From the IMG/VR virus record IMGVR_UViG_3300021087_000002: a DNA stretch of 64,000 nt, one strand, 5' to 3'. The stretch comes from an uncultured virus (IMG/VR IMGVR_UViG_3300021087_000002). Lineage: Duplodnaviria > Heunggongvirae > Uroviricota > Caudoviricetes. Each line of letters opens with the position of its first letter. The first letter of the stretch is position 1. Below are positions 10,487 to 20,182 of this stretch, piece by piece. The position numbers and the translations under genes were made by a program. The notes beneath the pieces were generated by a model that was given only the letters and a program-made list of their open reading frames with translations, had not been told where the DNA came from and did no database searches.

Positions 10487-10656
10487 TGTCTACAGCAATT
10501 CTAAACTTCGTCAATGCCCCATTGAGTGGGTTATTTAGTGGCTTTAACGGCTTCTTTCTATCAGTAGGTAAGGCTCGTGCCGCATCCGAATTGCATAGAA
10601 TGGGCTATTACGAAGAAGCTAAGTATCTCATGCTAACGGATAGTAAAGATCTATAA
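10486..10656 (+). CDS. Small hypothetical protein (56 aa, MSTAILNFVNAPL...), not in ORF track
   Basis: Translated by hand; SD aagga, TAATG coupling, followed by a terminator. Confidence 0.7.
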   Translation: MSTAILNFVNAPLSGLFSGFNGFFLSVGKARAASELHRMGYYEEAKYLMLTDSKDL

Positions 10657-10664
10657 AGATAAAG

Positions 10665-10686
10665 AGGGGCTTAACAGCCCCTTTTT
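10665..10686 (+). terminator. Rho-independent terminator
   Basis: aggggc-ttaaca-gcccct followed by T run. Confidence 0.8.
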
Positions 10687-10689
10687 CAT

Positions 10690-10718
10690 TTGACATTTGT
10701 GTCAATCTATTATATAAT
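10690..10718 (+). promoter_or_regulatory. sigma70 promoter of DNA polymerase
   Basis: TTGACA-17-TATAAT; -35 lies within the palindrome TTGACA-tttg-TGTCAA. Confidence 0.8.
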
Positions 10719-10743
10719 GTGACTAACAACTGAAGGATTCTAA

Positions 10744-13257
10744 ATGTCATTTTACACATCTATCAACAAGTATGGTAATTCGCTATTATATCGGGGTTAC
10801 AACGATAACGGTGCCGCTATAGAAAAGCGAATCAAGTATGAACCTACTTTGTATATTACGTCCCAAGACAAAGACAATCCACCTTGCCGTGGACTTGATG
10901 GATGGCCTCTACAGCCCAAACGGTTTCCTTCTATGCGTGAAGCCAATGACTTTCGTGACAAGTACAAAGAACTTGAGGCATTCAAGATCTATGGAAATCA
11001 CAACTATGTCTCACAGTTTATCACTGAGCGTTTCCCCACAGATATCAAGTTTAAGAAAGAGTATGTAAACATTGTCAACTTCGATATTGAGGTTGCTTCT
11101 GAAGAAGGTTTCCCTAAGCCAGAAGATGCATTGTTTCCTGTTATCTCAATTGCCTTAAAATCTAGTAAGTCTCGTGTCTATCGTGTTTGGGGTCTTGATG
11201 ACTATGATCACGAGAAGTCAGAACTTAAGATGGGTGATGACCTTATTCAATATACAAAGTGCGCAAGCGAAGAAGAGTTGCTTACAAAGTTTCTTGCATA
11301 TTGGGAGAAGAATACACCTGATATCATTACAGGTTGGAACATCAAATTCTTTGACATACCTTACCTAGTAAATCGACTGTATCGTATCGGAAGCCCTGCG
11401 GCAGTTAAACGACTATCCCCTTGGAAGATGGTTAATGATCGTAACAAAACCATAATGGGTAGAGAGCATCAGTTCTACGATCTTATTGGTATTCAACAAG
11501 CCGACTATATGGAGTTGTTTAAGAAGTTTGGCTATAGCTATGGAACTCAAGAGTCCTATGCTCTAGATCATATTGCACACACAGTTCTAGGTGAACGTAA
11601 GTTATCCTATGAGGAGCATGGATCTCTTCATGAGTTGTATAAGAATGATCACCAAAAGTTCATTGACTATAACATCCGTGATGTTCAAGTTGTGGAGAGA
11701 ATTGACGAGAAGATGGGGTTGATTGCCCTAGTTCTTACTATGACATATCGTGGTGGTGTTAACGTATCCGATACATTTGGTACAACTGCTATATGGGACT
11801 CGATCATCTATAGAAAGTTGTCACTAGACAATATCATCGTACCACCTATGCAAGATCATCCTAAGACATCTTACCCAGGTGGTTATGTTAAAGATCCTAT
11901 GGTAGGTTCTCACGATTGGGTAGTATCTTTTGACTTGGCTTCACTGTATCCTAACTTAATTGTACAATATAACATGTCGCCTGAGACACTTATGCCCGGT
12001 ATGTTAGACCATGGGGTTGAGCGTTACTTGAACGGAAGCCCTGCAGCGAGTGAATACTCAGTGGCGGCTAACGGATCTCAGTACCGTAAAGACAAGCAAG
12101 GTATTCTACCAAAGATCATTGTGGATTACTACGCAGAACGTAAATCTGTTAAGGGTAAGATGATTGAAGCCAAGAAACGTTTCGAGAAGACAGGCTCTAT
12201 TGAAGACGAGAAACTTATCAACAATCTCGAAAACCAACAGATGGCTATTAAGATCTTACTCAACTCTTTGTATGGCGCATTAGGTAATAGATACTTCCGT
12301 TACTATGATTTGCGTATGGCAGAAGGTATCACATTGTCTGGTCAGTTGTCCATTATGTGGGCAGAGAAGGCTGTTAACAAAGAGATGAATTCTATTCTCA
12401 AAACAGAAGATGAAGACTATGTGATTGCAATTGACACCGACTCTCTATATGTTTCCTTCAATGATATTGTCAATAAGCTAGGTCTGAAGGATCCAGTCAA
12501 AGGTCTAGATAAGATATGTGAAGAGCATTTCGTCAAGAAGCTAGAAGTTGCTTATTCAGAACTCTTTACTCATATGAACGCTTACATGCCACGTATGGTT
12601 ATGGAGCGTGAGGTTATCGCTAACCGTGGTATCTGGACTGCTAAGAAGAGATACATTCTAAACGTACACAACAACGAAGGTGTTCAATATGCTGAACCTA
12701 AACTTAAGATCATGGGCATTGAGGCTATCAAGTCTTCTACACCTATGGTTGTCCGTACCAAACTCAAAGAGATCTTTAAGGTTATCATTAGCGGAACGGA
12801 ACAAACCACTCAGCAATATATCTCGGAATTCAGAAAAGAGTTTAATACACTTTCTCCCGAAGAAGTATCGTTTCCACGTGGAGTAAGTGATGTTGACAAG
12901 TGGATTGATATACCTACAAGTCGGAATGGTAATAAGCCATATAAGAAGTCTTGTCCTATACATGTGCGTGGTGCTATCAACTACAATAACGAGATAAAGC
13001 GTTTGGGACTAGACAAAAGATATGGCATTATCCAAAATGGTGAGAAGATCAAGTTTGCTTATATGCGACTTCCTAATCCTATCAAAGAGAATGCTATTGG
13101 ATTTCCGCAGTACCTTCCTCAAGAGATGAAGCTACATAACTACATCGACTACGAGAAGCAGTTTGAGAAGACGTTCCTAGATCCTCTAGATCCTATTCTG
13201 TCTGCTATCGGTTGGCGGCATGAAGATACAATGACACTAGAGGAGTTTTTCGTATGA
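10744..13257 (+). CDS. gp43: Family B DNA polymerase gp43
   Basis: FDIE exonuclease motif, SFDLASLYP, KILLNSLYG, DTDS, KKRY. Confidence 0.97.
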   Translation: MSFYTSINKYGNSLLYRGYNDNGAAIEKRIKYEPTLYITSQDKDNPPCRGLDGWPLQPKRFPSMREANDFRDKYKELEAFKIYGNHNYVSQFITERFPTDIKFKKEYVNIVNFDIEVASEEGFPKPEDALFPVISIALKSSKSRVYRVWGLDDYDHEKSELKMGDDLIQYTKCASEEELLTKFLAYWEKNTPDIITGWNIKFFDIPYLVNRLYRIGSPAAVKRLSPWKMVNDRNKTIMGREHQFYDLIGIQQADYMELFKKFGYSYGTQESYALDHIAHTVLGERKLSYEEHGSLHELYKNDHQKFIDYNIRDVQVVERIDEKMGLIALVLTMTYRGGVNVSDTFGTTAIWDSIIYRKLSLDNIIVPPMQDHPKTSYPGGYVKDPMVGSHDWVVSFDLASLYPNLIVQYNMSPETLMPGMLDHGVERYLNGSPAASEYSVAANGSQYRKDKQGILPKIIVDYYAERKSVKGKMIEAKKRFEKTGSIEDEKLINNLENQQMAIKILLNSLYGALGNRYFRYYDLRMAEGITLSGQLSIMWAEKAVNKEMNSILKTEDEDYVIAIDTDSLYVSFNDIVNKLGLKDPVKGLDKICEEHFVKKLEVAYSELFTHMNAYMPRMVMEREVIANRGIWTAKKRYILNVHNNEGVQYAEPKLKIMGIEAIKSSTPMVVRTKLKEIFKVIISGTEQTTQQYISEFRKEFNTLSPEEVSFPRGVSDVDKWIDIPTSRNGNKPYKKSCPIHVRGAINYNNEIKRLGLDKRYGIIQNGEKIKFAYMRLPNPIKENAIGFPQYLPQEMKLHNYIDYEKQFEKTFLDPLDPILSAIGWRHEDTMTLEEFFV

Positions 13258-13934
13258 ATTACATATTTGATGTTGATGGAACCCTTACACCTAGTAGAAA
13301 TATGATGGATCCAGAGTTTCGTGAATTCTTTATCGATTGGGCAAAGGATCGTAGTGTTACACTAGTCACTGGATCTCCGAAAGAGATGACCATTGATCAG
13401 ATTGGATTTGATCTGTGGGAGACTTTAAAATGCTATCAATGTTCTGGTAACGATGTTTACAATAAAGGAGTTGGTATCAAAACAAATGATTGGTCACTAT
13501 CTCATGAAGCTAACCTTTTTCTACTTGACAAACTACACAGTTCAAGATATACTATGAGGACTGGTAATCATTTCGATCATCGGCCTGGGTTGTGTAACTT
13601 CAGTGTGGTTGGTAGGAATGCAGGTCCTCTTCAACGTCAAGATTACATTTGGTATGAAGAGATGTTCCAAGAACGCAAGGCTATTGCCGATGAGTTCAAT
13701 TATAGATTTAAAGGTCACGTCATGGCTACAGTAGCAGGCGAGACTGGATTGGATATAACACCTGTTGGATGTGGCAAAGCTCAGATCTTACCAGACTTTG
13801 AAGGAGAGATAACCTTCTTTGGAGATAAGACTATGGTTGGTGGTAACGATCATGATATCGCTACCGCACTTAACTTTAAGAACGTAAATCAAGTAGATGA
13901 TTGGAGACACACTTGGAAAATCTTGTCGAATTAA
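13254..13934 (+). CDS. HAD IIB hydrolase, phosphomannomutase-like
   Basis: FDVDGTLT, NFSVVGR, FFGDK...GGND. Confidence 0.8.
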   Translation: MNYIFDVDGTLTPSRNMMDPEFREFFIDWAKDRSVTLVTGSPKEMTIDQIGFDLWETLKCYQCSGNDVYNKGVGIKTNDWSLSHEANLFLLDKLHSSRYTMRTGNHFDHRPGLCNFSVVGRNAGPLQRQDYIWYEEMFQERKAIADEFNYRFKGHVMATVAGETGLDITPVGCGKAQILPDFEGEITFFGDKTMVGGNDHDIATALNFKNVNQVDDWRHTWKILSN

Positions 13935-14212
13935 TTGAACAATGGCATCATGACCGCAATTTGATTGAGGGTTCTACTGATAAAGATCAGTACCTTAAAC
14001 TCATTCAAGAAGCAGGTGAGTTGTCAGATAGCATCTGTAAAGGTAAAGACATCCGTGATGATATCGGTGATATGATGGTGGTTCTAATTAACATCATGGC
14101 TCGTAATAACTTGTCTATGCAAGAATGTCTACAGGTGGCTTACGATGATATTAAAGATCGCAAAGGTCGTATGATTGATGGTGTCTTTGTGAAGGAAAGT
14201 GACCTAGTATAA
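13901..14212 (+). CDS. MazG-like nucleotide pyrophosphohydrolase (start uncertain)
   Basis: KLIQEAGEL, DDIGD, AYDDIKDRKG...GVFVKE. Confidence 0.85.
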   Translation: METHLENLVELIEQWHHDRNLIEGSTDKDQYLKLIQEAGELSDSICKGKDIRDDIGDMMVVLINIMARNNLSMQECLQVAYDDIKDRKGRMIDGVFVKESDLV

Positions 14213-15144
14213 TGTACTCGTTGACAGTTTTCAAAAATCAGTATGATAACAAAACAGACAAGCGGATTGACTTCCAGTCTTGGGATGATTTTGTTGGACT
14301 ATTGCGTAAACTGTCAACAACACCATCAGAAGGAAAGAAGCATGCAGAACTCATTTCACCAGCAATTTATAAACCAGATACTACTAGAGCCAACAAGAAC
14401 GTATTGGCTTGGGGAAGTTGGTGTGCTATTGATGTTGACGATCATGTCTTCGAAGGGGATTTAGAAAATGAACTTAATGATAAGTATGGTGATCTTGATT
14501 ATGTTGTGTATAGCACTGCTAGTAGTACGGACGTACATCCTAAGTTTCGGATTGTATTCAATCTTGAAACAGAGGTTGACGAACCTAGAATACGTCACTT
14601 CTGGTATGCCCTCAATAAGTGGTCAGATTCAATTGGAGATGCACAGACTAAAGACTTGTCTAGAATGTATTACATACCAGCTGACTACGCTAACGCTTTT
14701 AACTTCTTTTACGTTAACAGTGGTCGGCCTCTTGATGTGGAAGAGCTTCTAGCAACGCATCCATATGACAGTCGGCGTGATAGTAAGAACTTTATGGATA
14801 GACTGTCACCCGAATTACAGAAAGCAGTATTAGAACATCGTAAGAGTAGATTGACTAATACAGAATACTCGTGGTCTAGTTATCATGACTGCCCATTCTG
14901 GCCTAAGAACCTAGCCGCAGAATATGTAACAATCAATGAAACTGGTTGGTATTCTAAGATGTATGCTATAATGGTTAAGACAGCAGGGAATGCAAGCTAT
15001 CGTGGATACCCAATTACCTCTGATCAGATAGCAGAGATGTGTTCTCAGTTTGACGCAGAGAATGGTAATTGGTATAACAATAGACCACTTCAAGTCGAAG
15101 CAGATCGTGCTTTGGAATATATCTACAAGAATGGAGTTATATGA
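14212..15144 (+). CDS. Putative AEP/PrimPol-type primase
   Basis: AIDVDD, YSTASS...PKFRIVF, DAQTKDLSRMYYIP; helical C-terminal domain. Confidence 0.65.
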   Translation: MYSLTVFKNQYDNKTDKRIDFQSWDDFVGLLRKLSTTPSEGKKHAELISPAIYKPDTTRANKNVLAWGSWCAIDVDDHVFEGDLENELNDKYGDLDYVVYSTASSTDVHPKFRIVFNLETEVDEPRIRHFWYALNKWSDSIGDAQTKDLSRMYYIPADYANAFNFFYVNSGRPLDVEELLATHPYDSRRDSKNFMDRLSPELQKAVLEHRKSRLTNTEYSWSSYHDCPFWPKNLAAEYVTINETGWYSKMYAIMVKTAGNASYRGYPITSDQIAEMCSQFDAENGNWYNNRPLQVEADRALEYIYKNGVI

Positions 15145-15275
15145 TTATGAATAGAGCAATTAGAATGCAATTGTCAAAGGCGGCACGTAGTCGCCGTAGT
15201 GAAACAAAACGAATTATAACAGAGAAGCAATTGAGGTTGTTTGCTCGTTTACGTAAATTTAGGAAAAAGGCTTAA
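15141..15275 (+). CDS. Small very basic protein (44 aa), not in ORF track
   Basis: MIMNRAIRMQLSKAARSRRSETKR...; SD ggag, fills the gap. Confidence 0.55.
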   Translation: MIMNRAIRMQLSKAARSRRSETKRIITEKQLRLFARLRKFRKKA

Positions 15276-15277
15276 AC

Positions 15278-16237
15278 ATGGACGCACTAACGATATGGAT
15301 GGTGGTAGGATTTATATTCGCCGCTTACGCAGTAATAGCAAATGATTCTGTACAAACTTTGGGTACTTGGATAGCAAGTAATAATGAAAGATTTAGTTGG
15401 AAGACTATGTGGTTAGCCGCTTCTGGTGTTCTACTCTATACTCTTTGGTATGGTTGGTATATGAATGGTGGTGATATTAGTTATGGAAGACTTAATAAGA
15501 TTCCATTTCAAGAAGTACAATGGTATCATGCACTAGCACCAGCAGTTCTTTTGCTATTGACCAGAGTAGGTGTTCCAGTATCTACATCGTTCTTAGTTCT
15601 ATCGGCATTTGCATCTACATTCGTGTTAGAGAAAATGCTAATGAAATCCATGATGGGTTATGCTGTTGCCGCAGTTGCCGCTTATGCAATCTGGATGATT
15701 GTAAGTCGTATTCTAGATGAAACTAAAGATGTTAAACCAGAACATAAAGCATATTGGAGAATTGGTCAATGGATCACAACAGGTTTCTTATGGTTTACTT
15801 GGTTATCTCATGATGTAGCTAATATCGCAGTGTTCCTTCCAAGACAACTTGACATTTCATTGATGATTATGGTTAGTGTAGTCTTTGTTGGTGGTTTGGC
15901 ATTCATGCTACGTGAAGGTGGTGGTAAGATCCAACAGATTGTTATTGAGAAGCACAACACACGTTATGTACGTTCTGCTACTATTATCGATGCAGTCTAT
16001 TGGGCAATCCTATTCTTCTTTAAAGAGTTGAATGATATTCCTATGTCAACAACATGGGTGTTCGTGGGTCTCTTATGTGGACGTGAGTTAGCAATGGCTA
16101 CATATACAGGTAAGGGAAAAATCAAGACAGTGTTTCCATTAATAGGTAAAGACTTCTTGAAGATGATGGTTGGGCTTGGTGCTTCGTTGGGAATCGTACT
16201 TACGATACATTACGTCCTAGTACCGAATGGATATTAA
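15278..16237 (+). CDS. Polytopic membrane protein, PiT/PHO4 phosphate-transporter-like
   Basis: Multiple TMs; duplicated signatures ANDSVQTLG/PVSTS and SHDVAN/PMSTT. Confidence 0.7.
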   Translation: MDALTIWMVVGFIFAAYAVIANDSVQTLGTWIASNNERFSWKTMWLAASGVLLYTLWYGWYMNGGDISYGRLNKIPFQEVQWYHALAPAVLLLLTRVGVPVSTSFLVLSAFASTFVLEKMLMKSMMGYAVAAVAAYAIWMIVSRILDETKDVKPEHKAYWRIGQWITTGFLWFTWLSHDVANIAVFLPRQLDISLMIMVSVVFVGGLAFMLREGGGKIQQIVIEKHNTRYVRSATIIDAVYWAILFFFKELNDIPMSTTWVFVGLLCGRELAMATYTGKGKIKTVFPLIGKDFLKMMVGLGASLGIVLTIHYVLVPNGY

Positions 16238-16412
16238 TGGAATGCTAAAAACAGCATGGCGAATCTGGGCTAAAAGCCTTGGTGAAAAGGTAGGCGAAAC
16301 GGATGCACAAGCAAATGCAGTAGCGGCTATCAGAACATTCTGGTGGGTTATCCACATCCTTACTTGCTTTGCTATTATTATACATAACACAAATAAACTA
16401 GGATGGTGGTAA
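16227..16412 (+). CDS. Small membrane protein
   Basis: WRIWAKSLGEK motif plus one TM. Confidence 0.7.
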   Translation: MDINGMLKTAWRIWAKSLGEKVGETDAQANAVAAIRTFWWVIHILTCFAIIIHNTNKLGWW

Positions 16413-16415
16413 ATT

Positions 16416-16757
16416 ATGATTGCAGGTAAAGTATGGGGTGGGACAGAACTAGTAGAAGCCAATGGTGCACTAGAGTTCCACCGAATTGAAATGAACAAAG
16501 GTGGAGTATGCTCTAAGCATCTCCACGAGTTTAAGTGGAATGGTTTTTATGTCGAGAGTGGTCGAATGCTTATTCGAGTATGGCAGAAAGATTATGATTT
16601 AGTTGATGAGACTATTCTAGATCCTGGGATGTACACTAAGGTAAAACCTGGGGTATATCATCAGTTTGAATGCCTTGAAGAAGGTGTTGCCTTTGAGTTG
16701 TATTGGGCAGAGTTTAATCATCAAGATATTAAAAGAGAAACTGTTGGTCATGCCTAA
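16416..16757 (+). CDS. Cupin-domain protein (sugar isomerase-like)
   Basis: KVWG, SKHLH, PGVYHQF. Confidence 0.8.
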   Translation: MIAGKVWGGTELVEANGALEFHRIEMNKGGVCSKHLHEFKWNGFYVESGRMLIRVWQKDYDLVDETILDPGMYTKVKPGVYHQFECLEEGVAFELYWAEFNHQDIKRETVGHA

Positions 16758-17577
16758 GAGCATTGCCATTGTTGGATATGGTTTCGTAGGTAAAGCTGTT
16801 GAACATGGCTTTACTTGCTTTGATAACAAATTACAATTAATAGATCCTAATCTAGGTACAGACGTTAATGATGTAGATCCTGATACGGATGCATCATTTG
16901 TTTGCGTACCCACACCATTTGGTGAAGATGGATCTATTGACGCTTCAACAGTTATAAGTGTAGTTACCAAACTTGCTTTGAGAACAAATGGACTTATCAT
17001 TATTAAGTCTACAGTCATTCCAAGTATAGTTAAAGAGTTATCTGATAAGTGTGACAGGGTGGTTTACAATCCTGAGTTTCTTACAGAAAGAAACGCATTA
17101 CACGACTTTGTCAATCCACCTATGCACATCTTTGGTGGGTCTGATTCGTCAACCGATGCTCTACACAAGTTATATAAAGAATCGAGTAAATGTAAACCGT
17201 GTCCAGTACATAAGATGACTGCACAAGATGCATCGTTTGTTAAGTATGGTGTCAATTCGTTTCTTGCCACAAAGGTTATGTGGTTCAACCAATTTAAGGA
17301 GTTGATTGATGGAAATGGGTCTGATTATGATACTATTATTAGTGCTATTGGTGCTGATGCGAGAGTACATTCTAGTCACACTATGGTTCCTGGCGAAGAT
17401 GGTCGTTTTGGTTTTGGTGGTGCTTGCTTCCCTAAAGATACTAATGCCTTCAGTGCATTTGGTAATGGAACAATGTCAATACTTGATTTAGTGATTGAAG
17501 AGAACAACAAGATTCGTTCTCAATACGAATTAGATGAACGTGAAAAAGTTCAGAAAGTTGTTTACAAAGTCTCATAG
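16750..17577 (+). CDS. UDP-glucose/GDP-mannose dehydrogenase family (short form)
   Basis: GYGFVG, CVPTP, KSTV, NPEFL, GFGGACFPKD. Confidence 0.9.
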   Translation: MPKSIAIVGYGFVGKAVEHGFTCFDNKLQLIDPNLGTDVNDVDPDTDASFVCVPTPFGEDGSIDASTVISVVTKLALRTNGLIIIKSTVIPSIVKELSDKCDRVVYNPEFLTERNALHDFVNPPMHIFGGSDSSTDALHKLYKESSKCKPCPVHKMTAQDASFVKYGVNSFLATKVMWFNQFKELIDGNGSDYDTIISAIGADARVHSSHTMVPGEDGRFGFGGACFPKDTNAFSAFGNGTMSILDLVIEENNKIRSQYELDEREKVQKVVYKVS

Positions 17578-17589
17578 ATATGCTATACT
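17561..17589 (+). promoter_or_regulatory. sigma70-type promoter
   Basis: TTTACA-17-TATACT with TG extension. Confidence 0.65.
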
Positions 17590-17607
17590 GTGGCAAAGGA
17601 GACGAAT

Positions 17608-18579
17608 ATGAAAGTTATGATAACAGGTTGTGCAGGGTTTATTGGATACCATCTTGCTAACTCACTACTAGACGATGGTTATGAAGTTTGTGGATTAGAT
17701 AACTTCAATCACTATTATGATGTTGCATTGAAGAATGCTAGATCTAAGAACTTACGTGAAAGAAGCTTTGAAGTATCTTATGTAGATCTTAAAGACAAAC
17801 GTGGTCTTGATCACTTTGTGGGAAAGCACAAACCAGACATTGTCATGCACTTAGCCGCTTATGCAGGCGTAAGGCATTCTCTTAAAAACCCACAACAGTA
17901 CATCGATAATAACTTAACTGGATCTCAAAACCTAATAGAGGTCTGTGAAAAGCACGGTGTTGAGAACATTGTCTATGCATCATCTTCATCAGTTATGGCA
18001 GGTAATCCTATGCCGCAAGATGAATATGAAAAGCTACCACGTGCTTTAAATCCATATTCGTTTACTAAAGCCGCCAATGAAGCACAGTTTATGTCTAGTC
18101 CTATTCGTAATACTGTAGGTCTTAGGTTCTTTACGGTTTACGGTCCTTGGGGTAGACCAGACATGGCATTGTTTAATTTTACTAAGAACATCGTCAGGGG
18201 ATATCCTATTGAGTTGTATAACTTTGGCGATATGTCAAGAGACTTTACCTACATTGATGATATTGTACAAGGTATCAGAATTACATTGGATCACACATAC
18301 ACTCAGGGGTTACATCCTAATCATGAAGAGCACTATAATGAGATATTCAACATTGGCTATGGCAAACGTGTGCCTCTTACAGACTTTGTTGATGCTATTG
18401 AGGAGAACCTAGGACGTGAAGCTAAACGTGAACTTGTCCCAATGCATAAAGCAGATGCAAAAGATACATGGTCATCTATTGACAAGTTGAGTAGATTAGG
18501 GTATAATCCAACAACACCAATGAAGGAAGGTGTTAAGAAGTTTATCGAATGGTATAAAGGATATTATAATGTCAACTGA
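17608..18579 (+). CDS. NAD-dependent epimerase (UDP-glucuronate 4-epimerase-like)
   Basis: TGCAGFIG, HLAAYAGVR, YxxxK, LRFFTVYGPWGRPDMA. Confidence 0.92.
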   Translation: MKVMITGCAGFIGYHLANSLLDDGYEVCGLDNFNHYYDVALKNARSKNLRERSFEVSYVDLKDKRGLDHFVGKHKPDIVMHLAAYAGVRHSLKNPQQYIDNNLTGSQNLIEVCEKHGVENIVYASSSSVMAGNPMPQDEYEKLPRALNPYSFTKAANEAQFMSSPIRNTVGLRFFTVYGPWGRPDMALFNFTKNIVRGYPIELYNFGDMSRDFTYIDDIVQGIRITLDHTYTQGLHPNHEEHYNEIFNIGYGKRVPLTDFVDAIEENLGREAKRELVPMHKADAKDTWSSIDKLSRLGYNPTTPMKEGVKKFIEWYKGYYNVN

Positions 18580-18718
18580 AAAAGCCACAGATCGTTTAAT
18601 GAAAGGTGCTTGTGAATACCACGGCATCAGTATGGAAGAACTACATCGTCGAATCACTGTTGGTGGCGAGAGCCTTATGCACCAATATTACCTAGCGGCA
18701 TTTCCTGATGGTTGGTAA
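18569..18718 (+). CDS. Small hypothetical protein
   Basis: SD aagga before ATG 18569; overlaps neighbours. Confidence 0.5.
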   Translation: MSTEKATDRLMKGACEYHGISMEELHRRITVGGESLMHQYYLAAFPDGW

Positions 18719-19136
18719 ACGTGTAGGATTAACGGCATCCACTTTTGACTTGCTACATGCAGGTCATGTGATGATGTTACGTGAGGCCAAGTCACAATGT
18801 GATTGGTTAATCTGTGCATTGCAGATCGATCCTAGTGTTGATCGTGCTGAGAAGAATAGCCCTATCCAAAGCATTGTTGAAAGACAGGCTCAGTTAGAGG
18901 CAATTAAATACGTTGATGAGGTCATTATATACTGTACAGAATCAGATTTAATTGATATAATTAACATGTATCCAATTAATGTTCGCATACTTGGTGACGA
19001 ATATAAGAATAGAGACTTTACTGGTAAAGAGCTTGCTCGTCAGTTAGGTATCGAAACATATTATAATAGTCGAACACACAGATTCTCTACGAGTGATCTA
19101 CGAGAACGTGTTTGCAATGAAAGGAAAACTAAATGA
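18708..19136 (+). CDS. Glycerol-3-phosphate cytidylyltransferase-like (TagD family)
   Basis: FDLLHAGH (HxGH), KYVDEV, RTHRFSTS. Confidence 0.88.
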   Translation: MVGKRVGLTASTFDLLHAGHVMMLREAKSQCDWLICALQIDPSVDRAEKNSPIQSIVERQAQLEAIKYVDEVIIYCTESDLIDIINMYPINVRILGDEYKNRDFTGKELARQLGIETYYNSRTHRFSTSDLRERVCNERKTK

Positions 19137-20182
19137 GTATAATGGATAAACTCAAGAAGAATACCAAACTTAAGACAACTGAAGTTTTGTCTGAGTCTGA
19201 TTTCTTCACAAACAAACAGATGGTCAGTACATCAGTTCCTATGGTTAACGTGGCACTATCTGGATCAGTTGATGGTGGCTTATCACCGGGTCTTACAGTA
19301 CTAGCAGGACCTTCTAAGCACTTTAAGACATCATTTGCTTTGCTTATGGCAGGGGCATATCTTGATGCACACAAAGATGCAGTCATCTTATTCTATGACT
19401 CTGAATTTGGATCTCCACAATCATATTTCGAACAGTTTGGTGTCGATAGCTCACGTGTTCTACACACACCTATCACTAACATCGAAGAACTAAAGTTTGA
19501 TTTGATTGCTCAATTAGAAGGTTTGACTAAAAAGGACAATGTCATTATTGTTATTGATTCTATTGGTAACCTTGCATCTAAGAAAGAACTTGAGGACGCA
19601 GTGTCTGAAAAGTCAGTGGGTGATATGACACGTGCCAAACAACTTAAGAGTTTGTTCCGTATGTGCACACCATACTTGGCTATGAAGGACATCCCATTGT
19701 TGGCTGTTAACCACACATATCAAACTCAAGAGATGTTCTCTAAAGCAGTTGTGTCTGGCGGTACAGGTATTTACTATTCAGCTAATGACATCTGGATCCT
19801 TGGTCGTAGACAAGTTAAGACTGGTACAGAGATTACAGGTTATGACTTTGTTATTAACATTGAGAAGTCTCGTTCTGTTAAAGAGAAGTCTAAGATCCCT
19901 ATCTCAGTATCGTGGGAAGGTGGAGTCGAAAAGTATAGTGGATTGTTAGAGGTTGCTCTTGCAGGTGGCTATGCTATGAAACCAAGTAATGGTTGGTATG
20001 AAGGTGTTAATCCAGAAACTGGCGAAGTACTTACATCCAAATCTCGTGTGGCAGATACATTAAAGCCTGAGTTCTGGGAACGTATTATGTCAGAGACTGA
20101 TTTCAAAGACTTTATTAAGCGCACATTCACTATTGGCTATAAGTCTGAAATCGACTTCGATGAATTAGTTGAGGAAGTGTAA
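19133..20182 (+). CDS. uvsX: RecA-like recombinase UvsX
   Basis: GPSKHFKT, FYDSEFG, IDSIGNLASKKE. Confidence 0.95.
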   Translation: MSIMDKLKKNTKLKTTEVLSESDFFTNKQMVSTSVPMVNVALSGSVDGGLSPGLTVLAGPSKHFKTSFALLMAGAYLDAHKDAVILFYDSEFGSPQSYFEQFGVDSSRVLHTPITNIEELKFDLIAQLEGLTKKDNVIIVIDSIGNLASKKELEDAVSEKSVGDMTRAKQLKSLFRMCTPYLAMKDIPLLAVNHTYQTQEMFSKAVVSGGTGIYYSANDIWILGRRQVKTGTEITGYDFVINIEKSRSVKEKSKIPISVSWEGGVEKYSGLLEVALAGGYAMKPSNGWYEGVNPETGEVLTSKSRVADTLKPEFWERIMSETDFKDFIKRTFTIGYKSEIDFDELVEEV

